From a virus, in IMG/VR virus record IMGVR_UViG_3300035698_010154, positions 1 through 64,000 of that record: a stretch of DNA of 64,000 nucleotides; one strand, 5' to 3'. Positions 1 through 8,861 of the stretch are shown here, piece by piece (the first letter of the stretch is position 1; the number at the start of each line of letters is the position of its first letter). The translations under genes were made by a program, and so were the position numbers. Below the pieces are notes generated by a model, which was given only the letters and a program-made list of their open reading frames with translations, had not been told where the DNA came from and ran no database searches.

Positions 1-1
1 C

Positions 2-2374
2 ACTACTTGAACTACTAGATTGTGAACTTGAACTAGACTCACTGCTCGATGAACTCTCACTTGATGAACTACTAGATTGTGAACTTGAACTAGACTCACT
101 GCTCGATGAACTCTCACTACTTGAACTTGAGCCACCATCACTTGAGCTAGAACTTTGTGAACTTGATGAATTACTAGATTGTGAACTTGATGAATTACTA
201 GATTGTGAACTTGATGAGCTTGATTGAGAGGAACTTGAGGATTCAGAACTTGAACTTGATGAACTACCAATTTCATCAAAATTAACAATTTCAATTCTAC
301 TTTGAATAGTGTTACCACTTCTTGAACACCATAAAGCCGCATTGGCTAATAATGAAATTCTATAGTTACACCAACCTCTAGCAAAGGCTGTTCCAGTTCC
401 AGATGAATACCTTGTTGCAAATATAGCAGCATTTAGATGACCAGAAAGACCCGCAGATGTAATATCAACATCATTATCACCCATTAACTGTCCTGTATCA
501 GTATATCTTGTTACACCACAATTACTATTTTCTAATACATGGAAAAATTGTTTACCACCATTAGTTACAAGATGATCACTCTGATATAACCATGTAACAG
601 TAGTTGTATCTGATAAGTATGATGCTGGATAATTATCTGCTATAGCCTCATCTGTATCATTAGTATCGCCTCTTGATTGATGTTGGGCAATAAAAGATGT
701 TGATAAATTATCTAATGTTAATGCGGTTGTTGCTCCATCAGCTTCAGAATATAAAGTAGTCGTTCCACTATCACTAGTCGATGTATCTTGATAAGCATGT
801 CCTATAGTCCAGTTAGAACCAATAAATTCAACTGTAGCTATTTGAACTATAGTTGTTCCTAATGAACCACCTCTTTCAACATTAAGAGTATCTGTTCCAG
901 AAATCCAAGATATAGATGTAAGTCCATTAGTATCTGTTCCTGTTTGTGTATTACTAATACCTGTAATGAACGGAATACAATTATTAATATCTGTTGGTGT
1001 AGTGTCTAATGTACCAGTATTTGTTAAATTACCTGCTGTTATTGTAACAGTATTTCTTGACCTGACTTTAAATTCATTTGGGCCACCGACATCACCTAGA
1101 TATTCCCATGATTCCCAATCACATCTAAAGTCACTACTATTACCAGTTGCTATTCTTGTAACAGTAATTTCATCAACACCAGTCAACTCAATTCTCATTG
1201 ATAAATCATCAACATAATAACTTGTTGAATCATTTGTTGCTGCTATACCAGCACTTCCAAATCTATTATTTTTATTGAGAACAAAAGCAGATTCTAAAGA
1301 ATTAAAAGTAGTACCAGGTGTTAAAGTTGTTCCTGTATTAGCAACACCACTTGTACCTCTTTGAATTGATACATCCCTTTCAACAAATGCTACCGAACTC
1401 GATGAGCTAGAAGTAGAACTACTCGATGAACTTGAACTCTCACTCGATGAACTCGATGAGGACTCGCTACTTGATGAACTTGATTCACTTGAACTAGAAC
1501 TCCAATCTACTTGAGAACTTGAGCTTGAAGATTCACTACTTGATGATGATTCAGAACTTGATTCACTACTACTTGATGAACCAGTAGCTTCGATATGTTC
1601 ATCATAATAATCAGTATAGAATGTATCTCCATTACCTGATGATGTATCAGATGCGCCATCGCTTGGATTATCACAAGTAAAATTGGCAATGAGGATACCA
1701 CTACTAGTAATTGCAACATTACCCCCCCAATCACCTCCACTATAGCTTGATGGGTCTAGAACAGATATAGCATCGGGTTCTGCTCCACCAGAATTACCAA
1801 AGTCAGGGTTGCCTGAACCATAGTCAAGTGTATATACGCGTGTACCACTTGCTTCTAAGACACCATTTATCCACAGCCCCATATCACCTTCGGAGCCACC
1901 AGTAGAATTAAATTGAAATCCAACAGCAAACCAACCTGGCAAATCAGCATCAGGTATTTCTTTAATTACTGAATCTTGGGAAGTGGCGTTACCATTATTG
2001 TGACAGCAAGCAATTTCAACACCAGTAGTTGTCGCGCGGAGAAAACCACTTTGTGCGTTAGTACCACCACCATTATGAAATAGACCGTAATTCGTGCCGT
2101 GAGCAAGTCCAGCAGGAATATACACCAATGCACAAGCATCATTGATGAGTTTTATGTCCATTCTATAACCCGCAGTCGGGTCATTCTGGTTATTCATTCC
2201 TTCATAAGAATCTGAAGTAGATATATCACCAGAGGCTACAGCAGGATTATCACCACCAGCAGGATCATCACCGTAATTCGTACCAAGGTTAGTGGAGTTC
2301 AACTCCCAGTAAGTATGTGGGTCCCAGGCTAAAACGAAAGCAGCGCGACCATTTTTAGGGGTTATAGCAGCCAT
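2..2374 (-). CDS. Large virion-type protein with N-terminal LamG/ConA-like domain and poly-Ser linkers (partial, continues past left edge; missing from the ORF track)
   Basis: ATG at 2374 (MAAITPKNGRAAFVLAWDPHTYWELNS...); same frame gives GWFAVGFQFNSTGGSEGDMGLWINGVLEASG (LamG-like) and SSSSSQSSSS tracts at ~1400-1580 and 2-270; TATAAATA on - strand at 2456-2463. Confidence 0.8.
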   Translation of the reverse strand, partial: MAAITPKNGRAAFVLAWDPHTYWELNSTNLGTNYGDDPAGGDNPAVASGDISTSDSYEGMNNQNDPTAGYRMDIKLINDACALVYIPAGLAHGTNYGLFHNGGGTNAQSGFLRATTTGVEIACCHNNGNATSQDSVIKEIPDADLPGWFAVGFQFNSTGGSEGDMGLWINGVLEASGTRVYTLDYGSGNPDFGNSGGAEPDAISVLDPSSYSGGDWGGNVAITSSGILIANFTCDNPSDGASDTSSGNGDTFYTDYYDEHIEATGSSSSSESSSESSSSSESSSSSSQVDWSSSSSESSSSSSESSSSSSSESSSSSSSSTSSSSSSVAFVERDVSIQRGTSGVANTGTTLTPGTTFNSLESAFVLNKNNRFGSAGIAATNDSTSYYVDDLSMRIELTGVDEITVTRIATGNSSDFRCDWESWEYLGDVGGPNEFKVRSRNTVTITAGNLTNTGTLDTTPTDINNCIPFITGISNTQTGTDTNGLTSISWISGTDTLNVERGGSLGTTIVQIATVEFIGSNWTIGHAYQDTSTSDSGTTTLYSEADGATTALTLDNLSTSFIAQHQSRGDTNDTDEAIADNYPASYLSDTTTVTWLYQSDHLVTNGGKQFFHVLENSNCGVTRYTDTGQLMGDNDVDITSAGLSGHLNAAIFATRYSSGTGTAFARGWCNYRISLLANAALWCSRSGNTIQSRIEIVNFDEIGSSSSSSSESSSSSQSSSSSSQSSNSSSSQSSNSSSSQSSSSSDGGSSSSSESSSSSESSSSSQSSSSSSESSSSSESSSSSQSSSSSS

Positions 2375-2455
2375 TATACCTTCGCCTTTCTTCTAATTGT
2401 TTTCTTTTTCATTTTGATACCATCTATATTAAACTCCAATCATATCTATTATCTT

Positions 2456-2512
2456 TATTTATAGATAAATATACTATAAAAATCCATAAAATAAGAACAA
2501 AAACTATAAATA
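2456..2512. promoter_or_regulatory. Divergent T4-type late promoters (TATAAATA, - at 2456-2463, + at 2505-2512)
   Basis: Exact T4 gp55 consensus on both strands between divergent genes. Confidence 0.7.
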
Positions 2513-2548
2513 GAAATAGAAAATATACTTACAGGAGTATTTAAAAAA

Positions 2549-3073
2549 ATGAGGCTTGAAAATTTCATCAGCGAAGATGTACTAATAGAAAACATAATAA
2601 TAAATAATCTGAAAAAATTATTTAATAAACCAGCGAAAAAAGTTATAATGACGTTTCAAAATTCATTCCGTAAGCTTATAAATATTGCCAAGCGAGATGG
2701 TTTTGAAGGTGACATGCTCACGATTTTCAACAAACACGCTGGTAAGAACTATGGCTCACTAGAACAAATACTCAAAGGTAAACCAATCACAGAGGCAAAG
2801 ATAAATGAAGACTTGTCACATTTCTGGGATATGGTCAAGGCTGAAGCATTTCCTTCATTGTCATTCTATCCCGCATTGCAGATCTGGCTTGAGATTGATA
2901 AGCTGATAAAGGGTTCTGATGCTAGTGTAAAAGCTATGGTTGTATATGCGGCAATATGGGCATTGTTGGTAAGTGGTAAGTTTGTCAAACAATTCTATAA
3001 GTGGAAGAAAGATAATCCAGATGAATACTATGATGAGCGACCAAAGAAAAGATCTAAACTGATAGGAGTTTAA
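2549..3073 (+). CDS. Hypothetical protein with capsid-targeting-like N-terminus and a C-terminal hydrophobic segment
   Basis: AGGAG RBS; MRLENFISE; hydrophobic AMVVYAAIWALLVSG. Confidence 0.7.
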   Translation: MRLENFISEDVLIENIIINNLKKLFNKPAKKVIMTFQNSFRKLINIAKRDGFEGDMLTIFNKHAGKNYGSLEQILKGKPITEAKINEDLSHFWDMVKAEAFPSLSFYPALQIWLEIDKLIKGSDASVKAMVVYAAIWALLVSGKFVKQFYKWKKDNPDEYYDERPKKRSKLIGV

Positions 3074-3101
3074 ATGAGATTATCAAATTGCATAAACGAG
3101 A

Positions 3102-3308
3102 ATGACTGATATACTTGACAAGCTTGATACAATAACAAAGACACCATCCAAGAGAACATCAGAGTATTATTTTAAACCAACGCTTGATGAAATTATGGAT
3201 AAGTTTGCCACAATGAATAAAGATGAACAAGATCAACTACTTACAGAACAAGAACAAGATATTATAGATAAAATAAAGAAACTTCAAGAAGGCGGGATAA
3301 TAACATGA
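3102..3308 (+). CDS. Hypothetical protein
   Basis: ORF track, translationally coupled in late operon. Confidence 0.6.
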   Translation: MTDILDKLDTITKTPSKRTSEYYFKPTLDEIMDKFATMNKDEQDQLLTEQEQDIIDKIKKLQEGGIIT

Positions 3309-3658
3309 GTAGTAAATTAAAAGAATATTTGATAGAAAAAAAAATCAAACTAAAACCAAAACTGCATAAACTAGATGATAAGATAGAAAAGTTTCTAGAG
3401 CAGATTGAGAAACAGATTGATGCAGTTGAAGACAATCCTGTATTCCAAAGGCGTTGCGAACAATTACTTGTGGATCTTTCGAAAGAGCATGGGGAATTCA
3501 TTCTGGCACTACGATCAGTTGTTGCGGCACTTGATAGAGGTGCTCAAATGATCCCAGCCAGAAAGCCAGAATTTATGGCTAGAGGTATTGATAGACAAAC
3601 AGAAGAAGAAGCAGAAGAAGCACCAAACCCAGAGGAGAAGGATGAAAACGCTAACTGA
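3305..3658 (+). CDS. Hypothetical coiled-coil protein (MSSKLKEYLIE tag)
   Basis: ATGA overlap with upstream gene. Confidence 0.65.
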   Translation: MSSKLKEYLIEKKIKLKPKLHKLDDKIEKFLEQIEKQIDAVEDNPVFQRRCEQLLVDLSKEHGEFILALRSVVAALDRGAQMIPARKPEFMARGIDRQTEEEAEEAPNPEEKDENAN

Positions 3659-4037
3659 AAATATTGAAGACTTCCTTACTCCTATAATATGGAACATTGA
3701 TGAGCAGATATTTTCACAAATGTTTGCATTCATAATCAATCTTGATCCAGAGATACTTGATACAGAACAGCTTCAAACTGTTATGAACATTATTCAAGAT
3801 ATGCAAGCCCAAGATGAAGACGAGGCAAGTGAATCCATTCTTAAATCCAAGAAGAGCACGATGGCGCATAACAGATATTCAAAAAAATATTATCGACTTA
3901 ATAAAGAGAAGGTCAAGACCAAAAAAGAGAAGTTCGATAAGACCATGAAAACCAAAAAGAAGATAATGAAGCCAAGCGGAAGGACGATTACCGGACGTAA
4001 AGATACTCGATACAATACAAGGAGCCATACAAACTAA
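3642..4037 (+). CDS. Putative prohead core/DNA-condensing protein (acidic N-half, very basic C-half), paralog 1
   Basis: Start likely 3642 (GAGGAG RBS; MKTLTENIEDFL); NIDEQIFSQMFAFIINLD similar to the next gene; Lys/Arg-rich tail. Confidence 0.6.
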   Translation: MKTLTENIEDFLTPIIWNIDEQIFSQMFAFIINLDPEILDTEQLQTVMNIIQDMQAQDEDEASESILKSKKSTMAHNRYSKKYYRLNKEKVKTKKEKFDKTMKTKKKIMKPSGRTITGRKDTRYNTRSHTN

Positions 4038-4429
4038 TGGACACAACAGATAAAATAAATAAATACTTACACACCGATCATGAAGAAAACATTGATGATA
4101 CTATAATGAATAAGATGTTTGACTTCATAACAGATCTTGATTCAGATCAGATACCTGAAAACATGGCCAGTACATATATTGATATAATAGATGAGATAGC
4201 CGATGAGGAAGATGATATTGAAGAAGACTTTGCAAAGAAGAAGGTCAAGATCAAAGTTGCTGATAAAAGAAAACGAAAAATGGAGTACAGAAAGAACCGC
4301 TCCAAGATGAAACTCAAGGCCAAGAAGTATCGTAGAACAACAAAGTTCAAACAATATAAACGTAAGTCTGCAAAAAAAGCTAAACAAGGTAAAACATCCA
4401 CGGGCAAAAGAATAAGAAAATTTTTATAA
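4037..4429 (+). CDS. Putative prohead core/DNA-condensing protein, paralog 2
   Basis: NIDDTIMNKMFDFITDLD, acidic EEDDIEED, then a very basic tail. Confidence 0.6.
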   Translation: MDTTDKINKYLHTDHEENIDDTIMNKMFDFITDLDSDQIPENMASTYIDIIDEIADEEDDIEEDFAKKKVKIKVADKRKRKMEYRKNRSKMKLKAKKYRRTTKFKQYKRKSAKKAKQGKTSTGKRIRKFL

Positions 4430-4442
4430 GGGGGTAAGTAAT

Positions 4443-4670
4443 ATGAGTGTATTAGAAAACATAGATAAGTATTTGAATGAAAAGAAAGAACCTCTTAAAG
4501 TTGGGGATAGTGTTAAAGAGAAAAAAGGCGGCCCATTTGGAAAAAAGGAAGTAGGTAAAGTTACAAAGGTAAAAGAAAGAATGGGTACGGCTTTAATAGT
4601 TTACAATGTTAAATTTCCTGGTGATAAAGAAACATATGAATACCATAATAAAGAAATAGTGAAGGCATAA
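4443..4670 (+). CDS. Small SH3/KOW-like protein, copy 1
   Basis: LKVGDSVK...GKVTKV...YNVKF pattern; IDKYLNE tag. Confidence 0.7.
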   Translation: MSVLENIDKYLNEKKEPLKVGDSVKEKKGGPFGKKEVGKVTKVKERMGTALIVYNVKFPGDKETYEYHNKEIVKA

Positions 4671-4700
4671 TAAGAAAATTTTTATAAGGGAGTAAGTAAT

Positions 4701-4928
4701 ATGAGTATAATAAAAGACATAGATAAATATTTGAATGAAAAGAAAGAACCTCTTAAAGTTGGGGATAGTGTTAAAGAGAAAAAAGGCGGCCCATTTGGAA
4801 AAAAGGAAGTAGGAAAGGTTACAAAGGTAAAAGAAAGAATGGGCACATCATTAATAGTTTATAATGTTAAATTTCCTGGTGATAAAGAAACATATGAATA
4901 CCATAATAAAGAAATAGTGAAGGCATAA
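4701..4928 (+). CDS. Small SH3/KOW-like protein, copy 2
   Basis: Near-identical to copy 1. Confidence 0.7.
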   Translation: MSIIKDIDKYLNEKKEPLKVGDSVKEKKGGPFGKKEVGKVTKVKERMGTSLIVYNVKFPGDKETYEYHNKEIVKA

Positions 4929-4929
4929 T

Positions 4930-5181
4930 ATGAAAACTGAAAACAAGATCTATAAATATTTGAATGAGAAAACAATATCACCTGATCCAAATAAAAAGAG
5001 AGCCTTTGATGAGTATAAAAAAGCTCAAAAAGAAGCAACAGGTCTTCTTCAATCATTTAAAACAAAGCTAAGGAATCATCAAAATGCATTTTTTCAAGCA
5101 TCTCAATTGGATTTGAATTATGTTGATGATATAAAATATCTTGTTAGCGAGCTGAGGGGTCTTAACGACTATTTCAAATAA
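4930..5181 (+). CDS. Hypothetical protein (IYKYLNE tag)
   Basis: ORF track; operon context. Confidence 0.65.
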   Translation: MKTENKIYKYLNEKTISPDPNKKRAFDEYKKAQKEATGLLQSFKTKLRNHQNAFFQASQLDLNYVDDIKYLVSELRGLNDYFK

Positions 5182-5198
5182 ACACAAAGGATAACAAT

Positions 5199-6050
5199 AT
5201 GATATGTGAAATATGTAAAAAAGAATATAAATCATATGTAGCTCTTTCGCAACATATCGTTCAATCACACAAATGGACAACACAAGAATATTACAATAAA
5301 TTTCTATTGAAAAATAAAACCAATGTATGTAAAATATGTAGAAACAACACAAAGTTCATTAATATAAATAAAGGTTATAGAAAAGTATGTTGTGGATCAT
5401 GTTCAGCAAAGTTATACAGAAAAAACCTAAAAAATAATAAAGAAAAGTTTAAAGAATTCTCAAAAAATGTTTCTATAAACCAAAAAGAGATATGGAAAAA
5501 AAGAGAACTAAGTGGTGAAAAGAATATCATAATCAAAAAATCATCAAACACATTAAAGAAAAGAATATCAAAATTAACTAAAGAAGAAAGAATAGAAAAA
5601 TATGATACATATAATAATCTTAATGATGAAGAGAAGAAGAAAAAACTAGAAAAGATGATGAAACCCTTAAAAAAATGGTACAAGAATGCATCAGTAGAAG
5701 ATATAGAAAAAAAATGCACAAAAATGAGAAAAACCATATTAGGTGATAGATTTAATAAAGATATAATGTCTGATTGGATTTCATATAGAGAAAGAGTTAA
5801 ATACTTAACAGAAAAAACATATAAAAAATATAAAAACAAAATAAATCCATATAATTATAAAAGAGGACTTGTAAATTGTTACCAGATAGATCATAAATTT
5901 TCAATAGTTGAAGGATTTAAAAATAACATTAAACCAGAAATAATGTCTTCTATCCATAACTTAGAAATGTTAACTTCTTTTGAAAATAATAGCAAAAACT
6001 GTAATTGTAGTATAACAAAGGAAAAGTTATCAAATTTATATCATGGTTAG
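5199..6050 (+). CDS. Free-standing HNH-type homing endonuclease with Zn-finger N-terminus
   Basis: CEICKKEY..LSQH...H, CKIC..CCGSC; C-terminal YQIDHKFSI..GF...I..IHNL.ML...N.SK. Confidence 0.7.
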   Translation: MICEICKKEYKSYVALSQHIVQSHKWTTQEYYNKFLLKNKTNVCKICRNNTKFININKGYRKVCCGSCSAKLYRKNLKNNKEKFKEFSKNVSINQKEIWKKRELSGEKNIIIKKSSNTLKKRISKLTKEERIEKYDTYNNLNDEEKKKKLEKMMKPLKKWYKNASVEDIEKKCTKMRKTILGDRFNKDIMSDWISYRERVKYLTEKTYKKYKNKINPYNYKRGLVNCYQIDHKFSIVEGFKNNIKPEIMSSIHNLEMLTSFENNSKNCNCSITKEKLSNLYHG

Positions 6051-6480
6051 AAAAAGATATCCATATACTCCAAAATTTATACAAAAATACATAGGACAAT
6101 ATCCACTTTCGTTGAGATCATCATGGGAACTAAAGTTTGCTCAATGGCTCGATTATAATGAAAGTGTAGTAAAGTGGTCTAGTGAAAGATATTACATACC
6201 CTACTATGATCCTATGATGGGTAGAAATCGTAGATATATCCCTGACTTCTATGCAAAGATAAAGAACAATAATAACAACTACATAGAATACATAATAGAG
6301 ATAAAACCAAATAAAGAAACAAAGCCACCAAAGAAAACAAACAAGCAATCGAAGAAAACCAAACTATATCAAGAGGCGACATATATAACCAATCAGGCCA
6401 AGTTTGACGCCGCACGAATTTATACTAAAAAAATGGGAATGATGTTTAAAATAATAACAGAAACAGAATTATTTAAATAA
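6043..6480 (+). CDS. gp4: Head completion nuclease (T4 gp4-like, TnsA-type PD-(D/E)xK)
   Basis: RSSWELKF..WLD....V.KWSSE...IPY.DP....RRY.PDF...IEIKP..ET.PP. Confidence 0.85.
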   Translation: MVRKRYPYTPKFIQKYIGQYPLSLRSSWELKFAQWLDYNESVVKWSSERYYIPYYDPMMGRNRRYIPDFYAKIKNNNNNYIEYIIEIKPNKETKPPKKTNKQSKKTKLYQEATYITNQAKFDAARIYTKKMGMMFKIITETELFK

Positions 6481-6494
6481 AAGGCTATACAGCA

Positions 6495-6734
6495 ATGAAA
6501 ACAACAGAAGACATTGATAAATATTTGAATGAAGACAAATTAAAGAGTGATATGATGCCTATAAAAAAATTGCTGAAAAATGCTGACAGGGATTTAATGA
6601 AAGCATCAAGAATGGCAGAACAACTTGAAAGAAAATATGACGCTATTGGATTTTTGGATGCGTCACGGAAGATAGATGAAGCTATAGATAAAATATCCGA
6701 AGCAATAGATGATATTACTAGTGAAACTATTTAA
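6495..6734 (+). CDS. Small helical protein (IDKYLNE tag)
   Basis: ORF track; operon context. Confidence 0.65.
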   Translation: MKTTEDIDKYLNEDKLKSDMMPIKKLLKNADRDLMKASRMAEQLERKYDAIGFLDASRKIDEAIDKISEAIDDITSETI

Positions 6735-6751
6735 ATAAAAGGATAACAGAA

Positions 6752-7288
6752 ATGAGATTTCAAGAATATATGACAGAAGCGAAATGGCTAAAGGGAACAA
6801 TGGTTGGATTTAGTGTCGATCCATCTGATCTAAAAAAAATATCAAGCTATGTAAAAAGTTGGCTAGTAAAGAATAAGATCAAATATGAACAAGAAAGAAG
6901 ACCCCATTTTACTATAGCACAGATTCCAGAAACTTATCCCAAAGATGAACTTATAAGACAATTAAATAAATTCGATCTGAATATGAAATTCAATCCTAAA
7001 GATCTAACTGTATTCTATGGACAAAAAGTTAAAAAGGATTTTATTGTTCTTGAGTATAAACCAAACTTCAAGTTTCTGAAATACTTTAATGAATTAGATG
7101 ATAAATTTGAAATCACAAAATTTGCTGCAGTAAAACCCCATGTATCATTGCTTACTGTAGAGCAAGGTAAACTAACAGGTGATGTACTGAATGATATAAA
7201 ATTCAATTTGCCTAAGTTACCTGTGTTAAAGCCAAAGGCAATAGAACTATGGAACAATAAATTTGAAATAGAAACGAGGTTAAAATAA
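6752..7288 (+). CDS. 2H phosphoesterase, Acb1 (T4 57B)-like candidate
   Basis: Two HxT/S motifs (PHFTIA, PHVSLL) with 2H-family spacing; GTMVG and LTVF...DFIVLE segments resemble T4 57B. Confidence 0.7.
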   Translation: MRFQEYMTEAKWLKGTMVGFSVDPSDLKKISSYVKSWLVKNKIKYEQERRPHFTIAQIPETYPKDELIRQLNKFDLNMKFNPKDLTVFYGQKVKKDFIVLEYKPNFKFLKYFNELDDKFEITKFAAVKPHVSLLTVEQGKLTGDVLNDIKFNLPKLPVLKPKAIELWNNKFEIETRLK

Positions 7289-7404
7289 TGACATACTTTA
7301 TAGTAGGGATAGTAGTAGGACTTATAGTTGGTTGGAATCTTTTACCACAACCATTATGGATCAAATTGATTTATGATAAAATAAAGGGAAAAATTCTGGA
7401 ATGA
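7288..7404 (+). CDS. 38-aa membrane peptide (below ORF-track cutoff)
   Basis: MTYFIVGIVVGLIVGWNLLPQPLWIKLIYDKIKGKILE; GAGG RBS; overlaps both neighbours at stop/start. Confidence 0.6.
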   Translation: MTYFIVGIVVGLIVGWNLLPQPLWIKLIYDKIKGKILE

Positions 7405-8066
7405 AATTCCAGAACTACATAAAAGAATCGGATGTGGATGATGTATCAAATATTCTCCAAGTTCTTGAAGATAAATGCATGCCCTTCATAAAAGAAATAG
7501 AAGCAAACAAACCAGCAAGAGGGACTTCTATTTGGTTCTGTAGAGGGTCTAATAAACTTTACAAAACTATATCAAATGCCATAACACCACGGTCAGATAG
7601 AAAACCGAAAAACACAAAAGAAGAACTTCACAAAATCTTAGATCTCTATTTCTTCAAGAAATTTAAATGGAAACCCAGAAGTGAAGGAGTATTTGTAACC
7701 AGACTACGATCTTCCACAGATCTATATGGGCATCCAAATTTATTTTTCCCAGTAGGTAAGAATTATAAATATGTTCACAGCCCAAGTATAAGAGATTTAT
7801 ACACAAGTACATTATTTTATAAAGACTTAGATCAATTAGATTATATGTATGATTCATGGAGTGATATAAGAGAGAAATATACATATGAAGAGTATGTAGA
7901 AAAAGAAGAGAAAGAAGCAGAAGAAAGATTAAAAGAAATAGTATCAAAGTATACAGATAAAGATTTACACAAAGCAATATATAATGAAGTAATGTTCAAG
8001 GTTGGGAAGTATTATTTAGTACATAAAGACTATGAGGAAGATATAACAAAATATTTTTTTGGATAA
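7401..8066 (+). CDS. Putative ADP-ribosyltransferase-fold protein, paralog A
   Basis: MKFQNYIKE tag; FCRG...RSDRKP.NT...H...F..KFKWKPRSEGVFVT...YG...FP.G...EVM. Confidence 0.55.
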   Translation: MKFQNYIKESDVDDVSNILQVLEDKCMPFIKEIEANKPARGTSIWFCRGSNKLYKTISNAITPRSDRKPKNTKEELHKILDLYFFKKFKWKPRSEGVFVTRLRSSTDLYGHPNLFFPVGKNYKYVHSPSIRDLYTSTLFYKDLDQLDYMYDSWSDIREKYTYEEYVEKEEKEAEERLKEIVSKYTDKDLHKAIYNEVMFKVGKYYLVHKDYEEDITKYFFG

Positions 8067-8069
8067 ATA

Positions 8070-8564
8070 ATGGCAGTTGTTAGAATATTTAAAAAGAAGT
8101 TCAAAGGTGTGACATTACAGAGTGGTCATTTTTACTCATTTAGGTACAACGCCTGGATCTCAGATCCAGAACCAACTATCATCTTCATGTATTGGTTTCA
8201 AGGTATACATCCAAGAACCGGACATCAATGGAATTTTATGCAAGCAATTAATTTTACTTATGTCTCGCGTACAGTAAGAAAACAATTTGTTAATGACTGG
8301 AAAGCCTATATGGAGAAGACTAACAATCCTAAGTTTACATGGGAAAAGGTCAAAGCCAAATACCCACAAATACAACATGCTGTAAGAAGATACTTATATA
8401 AACCAAATTACAGAATAACAAAATTAAAAGAAATACCATATGATAAAATTGATAAGGTAGTAATAAGTACTTGGCACAAAGATTTTTCGAAAAAAATTAA
8501 ATCAAGTCTTCTTAACAAATTCAGAAGAATCATGAAAAATCGATCTAAGAAAAGGAGAAAATAA
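8070..8564 (+). CDS. gp2: DNA end protector-like protein (T4 gp2-like)
   Basis: GHFYSFRY..W..DP.P....F.AINF.Y...R..F, ..VRRY; near gp4. Confidence 0.55.
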   Translation: MAVVRIFKKKFKGVTLQSGHFYSFRYNAWISDPEPTIIFMYWFQGIHPRTGHQWNFMQAINFTYVSRTVRKQFVNDWKAYMEKTNNPKFTWEKVKAKYPQIQHAVRRYLYKPNYRITKLKEIPYDKIDKVVISTWHKDFSKKIKSSLLNKFRRIMKNRSKKRRK

Positions 8565-8861
8565 ATGGCAGTATATACCTACCAAACACTTTCTATATAT
8601 GAAGTCCGTGTTCTAGAAATAACGATCATTGACCAGGATGGTAATGCATTTGCGCCAGATTCGGTATACTATAGTGTATTGGATAGTGATAGTGCTACAG
8701 TTGTTGCTGAGACGCTTGCTGCAAAAAATAGTAATGTGATTTTTGCTGATATTGATACAACGGTTACAGCAACCGTAGGTATATACAAAGTCATATGGAA
8801 GATAACAAAGAGCGCAAAAATATATTATCATGTAACACAAGTAATCGTTGATACACTATGA
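8565..8861 (+). CDS. Small beta-rich structural protein
   Basis: Ig-like pattern (G.YKV.W.I); operon context. Confidence 0.55.
   Translation: MAVYTYQTLSIYEVRVLEITIIDQDGNAFAPDSVYYSVLDSDSATVVAETLAAKNSNVIFADIDTTVTATVGIYKVIWKITKSAKIYYHVTQVIVDTL

Larger units (their letters stand above)
4411..4928 (+). repeat. 258-bp tandem duplication carrying a whole gene
   Basis: Genes at 4443 and 4701 are near-identical, including the upstream ATAAGAAAATTTTTATAAGGG leader. Confidence 0.95.

Noticed and set aside
966-1740. ORFs 966-1217 (+) and 1507-1740 (-)
   Set aside because: Shadow frames of the long - strand Ser-rich gene.
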